DNA of 64,000 nucleotides from Phycisphaerales bacterium JB040 (GTDB lineage Bacteria > Planctomycetota > Phycisphaerae > Phycisphaerales > UBA1924): the NCBI GenBank assembly GCA_043101615.1, contig JBICID010000101.1, positions 16,206 through 80,205 of the forward strand, given 5' to 3'. Made by a program: the position numbers and the translations under genes. Shown here piece by piece: positions 43,569 to 53,534 of this stretch (within the stretch, counting starts at the first letter, position 1; the number at the start of each line of letters is the position of its first letter). The notes beneath the pieces are model-generated. The model made no database searches. It had not been told where the DNA came from and worked only from the letters and a program-made list of their open reading frames with translations.

Positions 43569-46058
43569 ATGACCCGCTTGTCCGTGACTGTATTCCTCGT
43601 TGGGCTCGCCCTGATCCGCTGCGTGTCGGAGGCCCAGGTCTGTGAGCCGAGTTTCGAGCTGCCGAATCTGACTCACGTGGAATTCACAGAAAAGTCGGTC
43701 GCGCTGGCCGATTTCAACGGCGACGGGCGTGAGGACGCGCTCCTCGCGGAGCTCGGGCCCATGATCCGCGTGTACTTCGCGGGCGAGTCCGGGGCCTACG
43801 ACGGGGGCGTCGTCTCGATCGACACGGGCCTGCTTCAGAGCCAAATGGCCATCCCGGCGGACATGAACTCGGACGGACATCTGGACGTGCTCGGCATGGC
43901 GAGTGTCGGCTACCAGGTCTCGGACCCTCGTCAGTTGCAGTACTTCCCGGGAGATGGTGCGGGCGGATTCGGGCCGGGCGTCCTCCTCCCCACCACGCAG
44001 TTCTTCACGCTCGGCACCGTGGCACGGGTCGGGGACTTCGACGGCAACGGACGCACCGACGTGGTCTTCCGCACCGGGTCATACAATCAGAAGTACTACC
44101 GGGTGGTGTTCCAGAACACCGACGGCACGTTTGACCAGCCCGTCTCTCTGCCCGCGCCCGGCGTGGCGCCCCCGCGCGTGGCGGATTTCAACGAGGACGG
44201 GCTCGACGACATCGTGTACGAGCACGACAGGGACATGTCCATCGTGTTCGGGCGGGCAGACCGTGTGCTGACGGACCGTCTCGATCTCGGCCCGATCCTG
44301 CCTCCCACAAACGTTCAGCCGCCTTATGGCCCTGCCTACTTCGGAGATCCGTGGATCGGGGACTTCAACGCCGACGGGCACGCCGATCTCTTTCTGAGCA
44401 GGCCCGATACCTTCGGCCCCATGAAGCGTGTTGTCCTGCTCGGTGACGGTGCGGGCTCGATGGTCCTGGGCGACAAGGGGTTTATCCCGACCGGGAGCGT
44501 GATCAGTGGTCTGGCCGACATCGACCGCGACGGCGCAGACGAGCTCATCGCCACATACTTCGGCGACAGCTACCTGGTCGAGTTCGACGGCGACGAGATT
44601 GTCTCGTCCGCCTGGTACTACACCGAGGGACACACGTCCATGATCGCGCTCACCGAGATCGGAAACGGACCCGGGCCCGAGGTCTTCTTGGCGTTCACCG
44701 ACCCCGCAGGAATCCTCGCGGCCGAACTGATGAGCGACCACTTGCCGGCACTGCCGGAGCGAAACGTGTACGGCGCCGGGCACCAGCTCGATCGGGCCGT
44801 CAGGATTGACGCCGACGCCGATGGCTACTCCGAGCTCTTCGCGGAGGCGGGATACAACAACCTCTTCCACGTCCGGCGCGGCACCCAAGGGGGTGGCTTC
44901 GAGAGAGCCACTCAGACCTTTTTGACAGACGAGCGGGGAGAGCTGACGACGTGGACCGTTGGCGAATTCACCGGAGACGGAGTCCCGGATGTGGCTCTCT
45001 CGATGATCCCGTGCGACGGGTGCGAGCCGGAGGAAGCCCCGCACGAGCTGATGGTGCATCCGGGAGGAGTCGGTGCCGAGGGGTACTCCGTCTCGGACTC
45101 CCAGATCCGAAGCGGGGATTCCGGTGTCGACAGTCACGCGTTCGTCTCGATGGCGCCGCTGGATCTCGACGGCGACGGCGTGGACGACCTCGTCGCGACC
45201 CGCTATCTCACCGGGGACGGGCCGTACCTGCTCCGCAACGACGGAACGGGCGTGTTCACGCAGACCACCCTCCCCCCGCCGGACGGGGCCCTCAACCCGT
45301 TCCTCATCGGCGCGTTCGACGCCACCGGGGACGCACTCCCCGATCTGGTCGTCAACGCCGGGAGCAGCATCTACGTCTACCGGGGCACGCACGGACCGGG
45401 CGGGCTCGCGTTCCAGCCGCCCGACTCGCCCGCGGCGCCGGGGTTCTTCACGACCCTCACGGGCGTGTCCTACCCGCGCACGGCGGACCTGAACGGGGAC
45501 GGGCGGACCGACTTCGCGGTCGCCGGTTCGAGCGCCGGGCTCGCCGAGCTTCGCGTCTGGACCAACAACTCCGACGGCACGTTCACGCTCACCGTCCATC
45601 CCACGCAGTCGCCCTCCCCGTCGGGCGTGACCCCAACGCTCGCGCTGGGTGACCTGAACCACGATTCGCACCTGGACGCCGTCGTCGTGGGGGATGTTTC
45701 ACTGACGCTGCTGTCCGGGGACGGGTCCGGTGGATTCGTCGCCGGGACGCCGCAGAGCGTGTTCAAGTCATGCTCCAACTGCGATCCCTTCACGGTGCTC
45801 ATCACCGATGTCAACGGGGACGGGTGGAACGAGCTTCTCTCTGAAGACATATTCGAGCTCGTCGTCTGGCGTGATACCTGTCTGCCGGACCCCTGCCCCG
45901 CCGACGTCAACGCCGACGGCGTGCTCGACAACGCTGACATCGGGGCCTTCGTCAGGCTGTACCTGGGCGCCGACACGGGCGCGGACTTCAACGGGGACGG
46001 CGTCATCGACAGCGCCGATATCGGGGCCTTTGTGAGCGTGTTCCTGGCCGGCTGCTGA
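43569..46058 (+). CDS. secreted FG-GAP/VCBS-repeat protein with a C-terminal GC-ending dockerin-like module
   Basis: Repeated D-x-(N/D)-x-D-G-x-x-D loops in a propeller-like context (FNGDGREDAL, MNSDGHLDVL, GDFDGNGRTDVV, FNEDGLDDIV, FNADGHADLF, LDGDGVDDLV, LNGDGRTDFA). GGAGG precedes the ATG. The C-terminus is CPADVNADGVLDNADIGAFVRLYLGADTGADFNGDGVIDSADIGAFVSVFLAGC. Confidence 0.88.
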   Translation: MTRLSVTVFLVGLALIRCVSEAQVCEPSFELPNLTHVEFTEKSVALADFNGDGREDALLAELGPMIRVYFAGESGAYDGGVVSIDTGLLQSQMAIPADMNSDGHLDVLGMASVGYQVSDPRQLQYFPGDGAGGFGPGVLLPTTQFFTLGTVARVGDFDGNGRTDVVFRTGSYNQKYYRVVFQNTDGTFDQPVSLPAPGVAPPRVADFNEDGLDDIVYEHDRDMSIVFGRADRVLTDRLDLGPILPPTNVQPPYGPAYFGDPWIGDFNADGHADLFLSRPDTFGPMKRVVLLGDGAGSMVLGDKGFIPTGSVISGLADIDRDGADELIATYFGDSYLVEFDGDEIVSSAWYYTEGHTSMIALTEIGNGPGPEVFLAFTDPAGILAAELMSDHLPALPERNVYGAGHQLDRAVRIDADADGYSELFAEAGYNNLFHVRRGTQGGGFERATQTFLTDERGELTTWTVGEFTGDGVPDVALSMIPCDGCEPEEAPHELMVHPGGVGAEGYSVSDSQIRSGDSGVDSHAFVSMAPLDLDGDGVDDLVATRYLTGDGPYLLRNDGTGVFTQTTLPPPDGALNPFLIGAFDATGDALPDLVVNAGSSIYVYRGTHGPGGLAFQPPDSPAAPGFFTTLTGVSYPRTADLNGDGRTDFAVAGSSAGLAELRVWTNNSDGTFTLTVHPTQSPSPSGVTPTLALGDLNHDSHLDAVVVGDVSLTLLSGDGSGGFVAGTPQSVFKSCSNCDPFTVLITDVNGDGWNELLSEDIFELVVWRDTCLPDPCPADVNADGVLDNADIGAFVRLYLGADTGADFNGDGVIDSADIGAFVSVFLAGC

Positions 46059-46084
46059 GCCCGTCCCGGGTACACTGATCGTCG

Positions 46085-47092
<1,008 letters not shown>

Positions 47093-47104
47093 CGAGGAGC
47101 CGCC

Positions 47105-47731
47105 ATGACCGACGAAGAACGACGCCGCCTCGCCACCGACACCGACAACGGCCTGCTGCTCATCATCTCGGGCCCCAGCGGCGTGGGCAAAACCACCATC
47201 ACACGCGGCGTCGAGCGTTCCATCGCCGACTCGGTCTTCTCCGTCTCCGTCACCACACGCACCCCCACCCCCGCCGACGTCGAGGGCGTGGACTACCGCT
47301 TCATCACCGACGACGAGTTCAACCGCCTCATCGAGACCGACGCCCTGCTCGAGCACGCCGACGTCTTCGGCAAGCGCTACGGCACCCGCCGGGCCTGGGT
47401 GGACGAGCAGCTCGCACGCGGGCGACTGGTCATCCTCGAGATCGACGTCGAGGGCGCCCGCCAGGTCAAGGCCAAGATGCCCGAGGCCTACGCCATCTTC
47501 ATCGACCCGCCCAACGAGCAGACCCTCCTCGAACGCCTGCGCGCCCGCCAGCGGGAGGGAGAGGACCAGATCCAGAAACGCTTCGCCGAGGCCACACGCG
47601 AGATGGCCCGCGCCCGCGAACTCCAGATCTACGATGCCTTCATCGTCAACGACCAGCTCGAGCGAGCCATCTCCGAGGCCGTGGCACTCGTCCGCAGCGC
47701 CCGCGATCGGGCGGGCGCCCGGCGCGCCTGA
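47105..47731 (+). CDS. gmk: guanylate kinase
   Basis: ISGPSGVGKTTI P-loop, then SVTTRTPTPADVEGVDYRF. GAGGAG lies upstream. Confidence 0.95.
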   Translation: MTDEERRRLATDTDNGLLLIISGPSGVGKTTITRGVERSIADSVFSVSVTTRTPTPADVEGVDYRFITDDEFNRLIETDALLEHADVFGKRYGTRRAWVDEQLARGRLVILEIDVEGARQVKAKMPEAYAIFIDPPNEQTLLERLRARQREGEDQIQKRFAEATREMARARELQIYDAFIVNDQLERAISEAVALVRSARDRAGARRA

Positions 47732-47735
47732 GCCC

Positions 47736-48134
47736 TCAGGACCGCAGCGGGGCCAGCGCCCGCACCCGCGGGTCGCGCAGCCAGAGCGACACCCACGCCA
47801 GCACCCCCAGCAGCACCGGGACCGCCAGCTCCACCTCCTCCAGGCGGGCGTGGGCCGACGTCGCCCCCCCCAGGTACCCCGTGATCAGGATCGCCCCGAG
47901 CACCGCCGTCTTCGGCAGCAGGTACAACGCGACGCACACGAGCTCGACGATGCCGAGCGCCGGGGCCAGCGACGACGGCCACCCCAGGTCGGCAAAGCCC
48001 TGCTCGACCTGCTCTCCGCCGGCCAGTTTCATCGCCCCGCTCATCGCGAGCATCCCGACGGGCGGCAACGCCGCGACCCAGCCCGCGACGGCCGTCTTGC
48101 TCACGCCGGATCCGGCAGCGGGCTGATCGTTCAT
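47736..48134 (-). CDS. DoxX-family membrane protein
   Basis: 132 aa with four hydrophobic segments and KLAGGEQVEQGFADLGWP...ITGYLGGA, typical of DoxX-like proteins. AGGAG lies upstream of the ATG at 48132-48134. Confidence 0.8.
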   Translation of the reverse strand: MNDQPAAGSGVSKTAVAGWVAALPPVGMLAMSGAMKLAGGEQVEQGFADLGWPSSLAPALGIVELVCVALYLLPKTAVLGAILITGYLGGATSAHARLEEVELAVPVLLGVLAWVSLWLRDPRVRALAPLRS

Positions 48135-48634
48135 GCGTGCTCCTGACCGGGACTGACCGGTCGATTCGACCCGTGGTGCCGGGGTCCACTCTACCGACCC
48201 TCGGAGCGACCCGTGGCGGGTTCCGAGCCAACTGTGGGGGTGGGTGGCACCTGTTCCGGTGGGTGGCTTGTCACAATTTTGACCACGCGCCGATCTCGCG
48301 CCGAACTTTCCCGCACGTTGGTGGTATGACAGGGGCAACGTCCGGTATGTTCCGGCGTTTAGCAACGCTCGATGCGCCTTGGATGCGGTTATCGGGCCAC
48401 GCCATCCGGTTACCGGACGCCCCACCCACACGACGTTCGACGTGTCACACCGGGGCGGTCGGGGACCCGATGAGGGGAGCCGTCTCCCCGGGTGGTGGTC
48501 CGATGCCGCCGGCTCGCGCGAGCACGACAGGTTCAGGTGACGGGCGACCCCCCCGACGTCGGGGGTCGCGGGCCGCAACACGTGACCGGCCCGCACGCCG
48601 CCCCTCACACCGGTTCAACAGTGGAGAAACGGTG

Positions 48635-51600
48635 ATGCAGAACAGACAGCGAAACAAGACCATCACGACGGGGCTGCTGGCCCTCGCGGTCGGCTCGGCG
48701 ATGAGCGTCGCGTGGGCCCCGCAGCCCGCCAACGCGTACGAGCCCCCGGCCGAGGGCGCCGACAGCGCGGTCGCGCCCTCGGGCCTCGAGTCCATCGATC
48801 TGGCGCAGCTGCAGGCGATGGCCCAGGCCCGGGCGTCGTCGAGCGCGCGCAAGGACGACAAGCCCGCGTGGAAGGACGTGTCGGAGGGCTTTACCAAGGT
48901 CATCTCGACCGCCGACGGCGGCAGCCTGTACAACGTCTTCCTCAACAAGGAGAAGAACCAGCTTCTGGCCGAGCTGCCACGTGGGTGGGAGCGCCAGAAG
49001 CACTTCTTCGCGATGACGGTCTCGAGCGGCGAGGAGTTCGCGGGCCTGCAGGCCGGCGACCTGTACGTGCAGTGGCAGAAGATCAACGACCGGCTCGCGC
49101 TGGTGCTGCCCCAGGTCAACGTCCGCTCGCTGGGCGAGGAGGGCTCGCGCGATTCGGTCGAGCGCCTGTTCACCGACCGCGTGCTGCTGTCGGTGCCGAT
49201 CGTCACCAACGGCCCCTCGGGCCAGCCGGTGATCGACCTGGACGACCTGCTGGTGGGCAACGCCGGTCGCTTCTTCGGCGGCTCGGCCGCGGGGCTCAAC
49301 TCGGGCCTGACGACGGTCGAGAAGGTCAAGGCGTTCCCCGAGAACATCGAGGTGACGCTGAAGGGCCCGGTCGCGAACGGGACGTTCAAGTCGTTCCACT
49401 ACTCGATCTCTCGGATCCAGGGCACGCCGGGCTTCCAGCCCCGCAAGGCGGACGAGCGTGTCGGGTTCTTCACGACCTCGTTCCAGGACTACGGGACGTA
49501 CGACCGCAACGAGCTGAACGTGCGGTACGCCAACCGCTGGCACCTGGAGAAGGCGGACCCGAAGCTGAAGATGAGCCCCCCCAAGGAGCCCATCATCTAC
49601 TACGTCGAGCACACCGTGCCCGTGCGCTACCGGCGCTGGGTCAAGGAGGGCATCGAGTACTGGAACAAGGCGTTCGAGAACATCGGCATCATCGGGGCGA
49701 TCGAGGTGCGCTACCAGGACAAGGCGTCCGGGGCGCACATGGAGAAGGACCCCGAGGACGTCCGCTACAACTTCATCCGCTGGCTGCACAACAACGTGTC
49801 CACGGCCATCGGCCCGAGCCGCGTCAACCCCGAGACGGGTGAGATCCTGGACGCCGACGTGGTGCTGACCGACGGCTGGATCCGCGTGTTCACCTACCGC
49901 TGGAGCGAGCTGCTGCCCGACCTGGCGATGGAGGGCATGAGCCCCGAGACCATGGCCTGGCTGGAGGCCAACCCGGAGTGGGACCCGCGCGTGCGTCTGG
50001 CCGAGCCCGCCGAGCGGTCCAACATCCTGGCCGAGCGCCGGGCCCGCGGGGTGTCGCGCTACGGCGGGCACCCGGCGGCGGTGTCGTCCGACTCGCCTCT
50101 GGTGGGCCACAGCGAGTTCGACGGCCTGCACCGCACCTCGCAGTCGGCCGGGCTGTGCCACGCCGCGAGCGGCAAGGCCCTCGCCCTGGCCCAGATGCAG
50201 ATGTACCTCTCGGCGCTGCCGGCGATCACCGCGGCGCAGTGCGTGTGCGACCACGGGACCGAGGCCGGCCTGACCGCCGTCGCCCGCGGCCCGGACGACC
50301 AGCCGGAGCTGGACGAGGACACGATCGAGCGTCTGCGCAAGCAGATCGAGGCCAACCCGGCGCTGGCGGAGATGATCCCCGAGTCGTACAAGGCCGCGCT
50401 CGGACTGACCCAGCCCGAGCAGCCGGAGGAGGCCGAGGACGGGGCCGAGGAGAAGCCCGAGGCCTGCGCCGCCTGCGGCGAGGACGGGTGCACCTGCGCC
50501 GAGGGCGAGTGCACCTGCGCCAAGAAGGACCAGGGCCAGCTGCTGGACGGCAACCCCGAGTGGTTCGTCGGCCCGATGCTCGCCGAGCTGGTCGCGCACG
50601 AGGTCGGTCACACCATCGGCCTGCGTCACAACTTCAAGGGCTCGTCCACCTACGAGTTCAGCGAGATCAACTCCGAGGAGTTCAGGGGCAGCAAGCCCTG
50701 GTCCAACTCGGTGATGGACTACAACGGCATCAACATCCGCATGCCCGGCTTCGCCGACGCGCAGGGTGACTACTCGGTGATCGACATCGGCCCGTACGAC
50801 ATGTGGGCCATCGAGTACGGCTACGGCTTCGGCGACCCCGCCGAGGTCGCCAAGCGTGCCGCGGAGCCCGAGCTGCAGTACGCCACCGACGAGGACACCT
50901 GGGGCCCCGATCCCTACGCCCGCCGGTACGACCTGGCCAAGGACACCATCACCTACGCCCGGAACCAGATGGCCCTGGCCCAGACCCTGCGCGAGTCCAT
51001 CCTCGAGAACTTCGTCGAGGAGGGCGAGAGCTGGTCGAACGCGCGGCGCGGCTACCAGACCACGCTGTCAACCCAGCTCTCCAGCCTGTCCATGATGGCC
51101 AACTGGGTCGGCACGGCGCACGTCTACCGCGACAAGAAGGGCGACCCGAACGGGCGCGCCCCCATCGAGGTCGTGGACGCCGCCAAGCAGCGCGAGGCCC
51201 TCAACTTCGTCATCGAGAACTCGTTCAACGACGAGGCGTACGGCCTGACCCCCGACCTGCTCCAGTACCTGACCGTGGACAAGTGGTGGGACACCGGCGG
51301 CATGAGCTCCATCATGACCGACCCGACCTACCAGATCCACGACACCATCCTGGGCGTGCAGGCCTCGGCGATGACCATGCTGCTCAACCCGACCACCCTG
51401 CAGCGCGTCTACGACCTGGAGCGGTTCGTGCAGGAGGGCGACGACGCCCTCACGCTGCCCGAGGTCATGGGCACCATCTCCGACGCCGCCTGGTCCGAGC
51501 TCGACGGCTCGCACGACGGCTCCTTCACAGCCCGCAAGCCGATGGTGTCCTCGCTGCGGCGCAACCTGCAGCGAGAGCACGTCTCCAGGCTCATCGACCT

Positions 51601-51871
51601 GTCGATGGACCAGGGCGGCTACTCGTCGGCCGGGAAGGCCGTCAAGACGCTGGCCACCCAGCAGCTCCGAGACCTGCACGCCAGGATCGAGAGCGTGCTG
51701 AGCAACGGCGCCCAGGGCAAGGCCGACCCGTACACACGGGCACACTTCAACGAGATCGCCCTCCGCATCGAGAAGGCCCTCGACGCACAGTTCATCTACA
51801 ACACCGACGACATCTCCGCGGGCGGCGGCGGCGTCATCTTCCTCGGACAGACCGCCCAGCCCGGCGAGTAA
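48635..51871 (+). CDS. large secreted zinc-dependent metalloprotease (HExxHxxGxxH)
   Basis: HEVGHTIGLRHNF plus a downstream SVMDY. Signal-like MQNRQRNKTITTGLLALAVGSAMSVAWA. GGAGAAACGGTG precedes the ATG. There is a Cys-rich insert, CAACGEDGCTCAEGECTC. The upstream 166 aa of the ORF-track entry are rejected. Confidence 0.88.
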   Translation: MQNRQRNKTITTGLLALAVGSAMSVAWAPQPANAYEPPAEGADSAVAPSGLESIDLAQLQAMAQARASSSARKDDKPAWKDVSEGFTKVISTADGGSLYNVFLNKEKNQLLAELPRGWERQKHFFAMTVSSGEEFAGLQAGDLYVQWQKINDRLALVLPQVNVRSLGEEGSRDSVERLFTDRVLLSVPIVTNGPSGQPVIDLDDLLVGNAGRFFGGSAAGLNSGLTTVEKVKAFPENIEVTLKGPVANGTFKSFHYSISRIQGTPGFQPRKADERVGFFTTSFQDYGTYDRNELNVRYANRWHLEKADPKLKMSPPKEPIIYYVEHTVPVRYRRWVKEGIEYWNKAFENIGIIGAIEVRYQDKASGAHMEKDPEDVRYNFIRWLHNNVSTAIGPSRVNPETGEILDADVVLTDGWIRVFTYRWSELLPDLAMEGMSPETMAWLEANPEWDPRVRLAEPAERSNILAERRARGVSRYGGHPAAVSSDSPLVGHSEFDGLHRTSQSAGLCHAASGKALALAQMQMYLSALPAITAAQCVCDHGTEAGLTAVARGPDDQPELDEDTIERLRKQIEANPALAEMIPESYKAALGLTQPEQPEEAEDGAEEKPEACAACGEDGCTCAEGECTCAKKDQGQLLDGNPEWFVGPMLAELVAHEVGHTIGLRHNFKGSSTYEFSEINSEEFRGSKPWSNSVMDYNGINIRMPGFADAQGDYSVIDIGPYDMWAIEYGYGFGDPAEVAKRAAEPELQYATDEDTWGPDPYARRYDLAKDTITYARNQMALAQTLRESILENFVEEGESWSNARRGYQTTLSTQLSSLSMMANWVGTAHVYRDKKGDPNGRAPIEVVDAAKQREALNFVIENSFNDEAYGLTPDLLQYLTVDKWWDTGGMSSIMTDPTYQIHDTILGVQASAMTMLLNPTTLQRVYDLERFVQEGDDALTLPEVMGTISDAAWSELDGSHDGSFTARKPMVSSLRRNLQREHVSRLIDLSMDQGGYSSAGKAVKTLATQQLRDLHARIESVLSNGAQGKADPYTRAHFNEIALRIEKALDAQFIYNTDDISAGGGGVIFLGQTAQPGE

Positions 51872-51923
51872 GCACGCCACCACACGGGCGACCTGAACCA
51901 CCGCCCGTACTCGTTTCTCCACG

Positions 51924-51962
51924 GCGGGCGGCCCCGATCACCTCGGGGTCGCCCGCTTCTTT
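51924..51962 (+). terminator. rho-independent terminator of the metalloprotease gene
   Basis: gcgggcggccccga-tcacc-tcggggtcgcccgc forms a 14-bp stem including one G-U pair, followed by ttctttgt. Confidence 0.75.
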
Positions 51963-51963
51963 G

Positions 51964-52154
51964 TAGGCACTAGGCATTAGGCACTAGGCATTAGGTGTTG
52001 GGTCTGTACTGGCTGAAGGGTGGCGCCACCTGGACAGGCGGCGTCCGGCTGATCCATTTCACCGATCAATAGCACCAACTCCTATTGCCTAGTGCCTAAT
52101 GCCTGATGCCTGATACCAAGTGCCTGCTGTCGCGTGCCTACTCCCCGGTGCCTC
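51964..52154. repeat. two opposed arrays of 7-bp-phased heptamers (TAGGCAY on the left, RTGCCTR on the right) flanking an ~86-bp spacer
   Basis: Left, 51964-51998: taggcac taggcat taggcac taggcat taggtgt. Right, 52085-52154: ttgccta gtgccta atgcctg atgcctg ataccaa gtgcctg ctgtcgc gtgccta ctccccg gtgcctc. The two arrays are reverse complements of each other. Local G+C is low. Confidence 0.8.
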
Positions 52155-52169
52155 TCCCTACCATCGCCC

Positions 52170-53084
52170 ATGCCCGATCCCGCTCCCGATGTCTTTCTCA
52201 ACGGCGCCTTCGTGTCTCGGCGCGACGCGCGCGTCTCGGCCTTCGACGCGGCGTTCCAGCACGCCGTGGGCCTCTTCGAGACCATGTCGGCCCGCATCGA
52301 CCCCGAGGGCGTGCCCCACATCGAACGCCTCGAGGCCCACCTCGAGCGTCTCGTCACCTCGGCCATGGAGCTCGGGCTGGTCGAGCGCCTCCGGGCCCAG
52401 CCGCTGGCCGACGCCGCCCTCGAGACCGTCCGCCGGGCGGGGCACGAGCGCGCCCGCGTCCGGCTCACGCTCACCGGGGGCGACCTCAACATGCTCGAGC
52501 AGGGGGCCGGCTCGCAGCACGACCCCACCCTGCTGATCGTCTCCCAGCCGGCCACCCGCTATCCCGATGCGCTCTTCGAGCGCGGGGGCGCCGCGGTCAT
52601 CGCCGACGCCAAGGCCAACCCGCTCGACCCCACCGCGGGCCACAAGACGCTGAACTACTGGTGGCGCCTGCGCGAGCTGCAGCGGGCCGCTCGCGCCGGC
52701 GCGGCCGAGGCGGTCGTCCTCCAGGTCTCCAACCACCTCGCAGGCGGGACGGTCTCCAACCTGTTCGTGGTCAAGGGCGGGACGCTGTTCACCCCGATCG
52801 CACGGGGCGAGGAGGAGGACGTGGGGGGGCCCGGGTCGATCCCCTCTCCGGTGCTGCCCGGGACGACCCGGCATCAGGTGATCGAGCTGGCCGAGTCCAA
52901 GCGCCTCGGGTGTGCCCGGAAGATGCTCGACGTGAACGACCTGCTGGACGCGGACGAGGTGTTCCTTACGAATTCCTCATGGGGCGTTCTCCCCATTGTG
53001 AAGATAGAGAAGGAAGCCATCGCCGACGCCGTGCCCGGCCCGGTGACCCGGGACCTCCGGGCCGCACTTCTGGGCTCCGAGTAG
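52170..53084 (+). CDS. class IV aminotransferase family protein (branched-chain aminotransferase / aminodeoxychorismate-lyase-like)
   Basis: FLNGAFVSRRDARVSAFDAAFQHAVGLFET...GHKTLNYW...LPGTTRHQVIEL...EVFLTNSSWGVLPI, the fold-type IV PLP enzyme blocks. Confidence 0.85.
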   Translation: MPDPAPDVFLNGAFVSRRDARVSAFDAAFQHAVGLFETMSARIDPEGVPHIERLEAHLERLVTSAMELGLVERLRAQPLADAALETVRRAGHERARVRLTLTGGDLNMLEQGAGSQHDPTLLIVSQPATRYPDALFERGGAAVIADAKANPLDPTAGHKTLNYWWRLRELQRAARAGAAEAVVLQVSNHLAGGTVSNLFVVKGGTLFTPIARGEEEDVGGPGSIPSPVLPGTTRHQVIELAESKRLGCARKMLDVNDLLDADEVFLTNSSWGVLPIVKIEKEAIADAVPGPVTRDLRAALLGSE

Positions 53085-53501
53085 CGATAATCCACGACTG
53101 TCGCGTCCCGCACCGACTTTCACATTTCCTTGGTCGATCCGAAACCGGGCCGTCGCGCGGCACGAATCGAAGCACGGCCTTGGCTTGCTCAGGCCGTTCG
53201 AAATGGGGCGTCCCGCCACGATCTGATGCGGGCCATCCGCCCTGGTGTCCGACGCTGGAACGGTCGGACCGCACAACCAACGATCCGCGCGGTCTCAAGC
53301 CGAGATCGCGACCGACCGCCGTCTGATGCCGGGTGGGTAGGACTTCCCAGCACTCAGCGAGCACGCTCCGAGCATTCGCCCCGGACGGGGCGACGGAGTC
53401 TTCACGCCCCGGCGCGATCGCGGGGCGACGATCGAGGAGAGAGGGGGGGCGGTGAGGACGGGGGGAGGGAACCGACCGCCGGAGTGTGTGCCCGGCGGAC
53501 C

Positions 53502-53534
53502 CGGGCCGCGTGTGTGATGCCGCGGCCCGTTTTT
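53502..53534 (+). terminator. plus-strand rho-independent terminator at the end of a roughly 430-bp non-coding region
   Basis: cgggccgcg (53502-53510) pairs perfectly with cgcggcccg (53521-53529) around a 10-nt loop, followed by TTTTT (53530-53534). The T-run overlaps the TAA stop of the convergent sulfotransferase gene. Confidence 0.7.
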
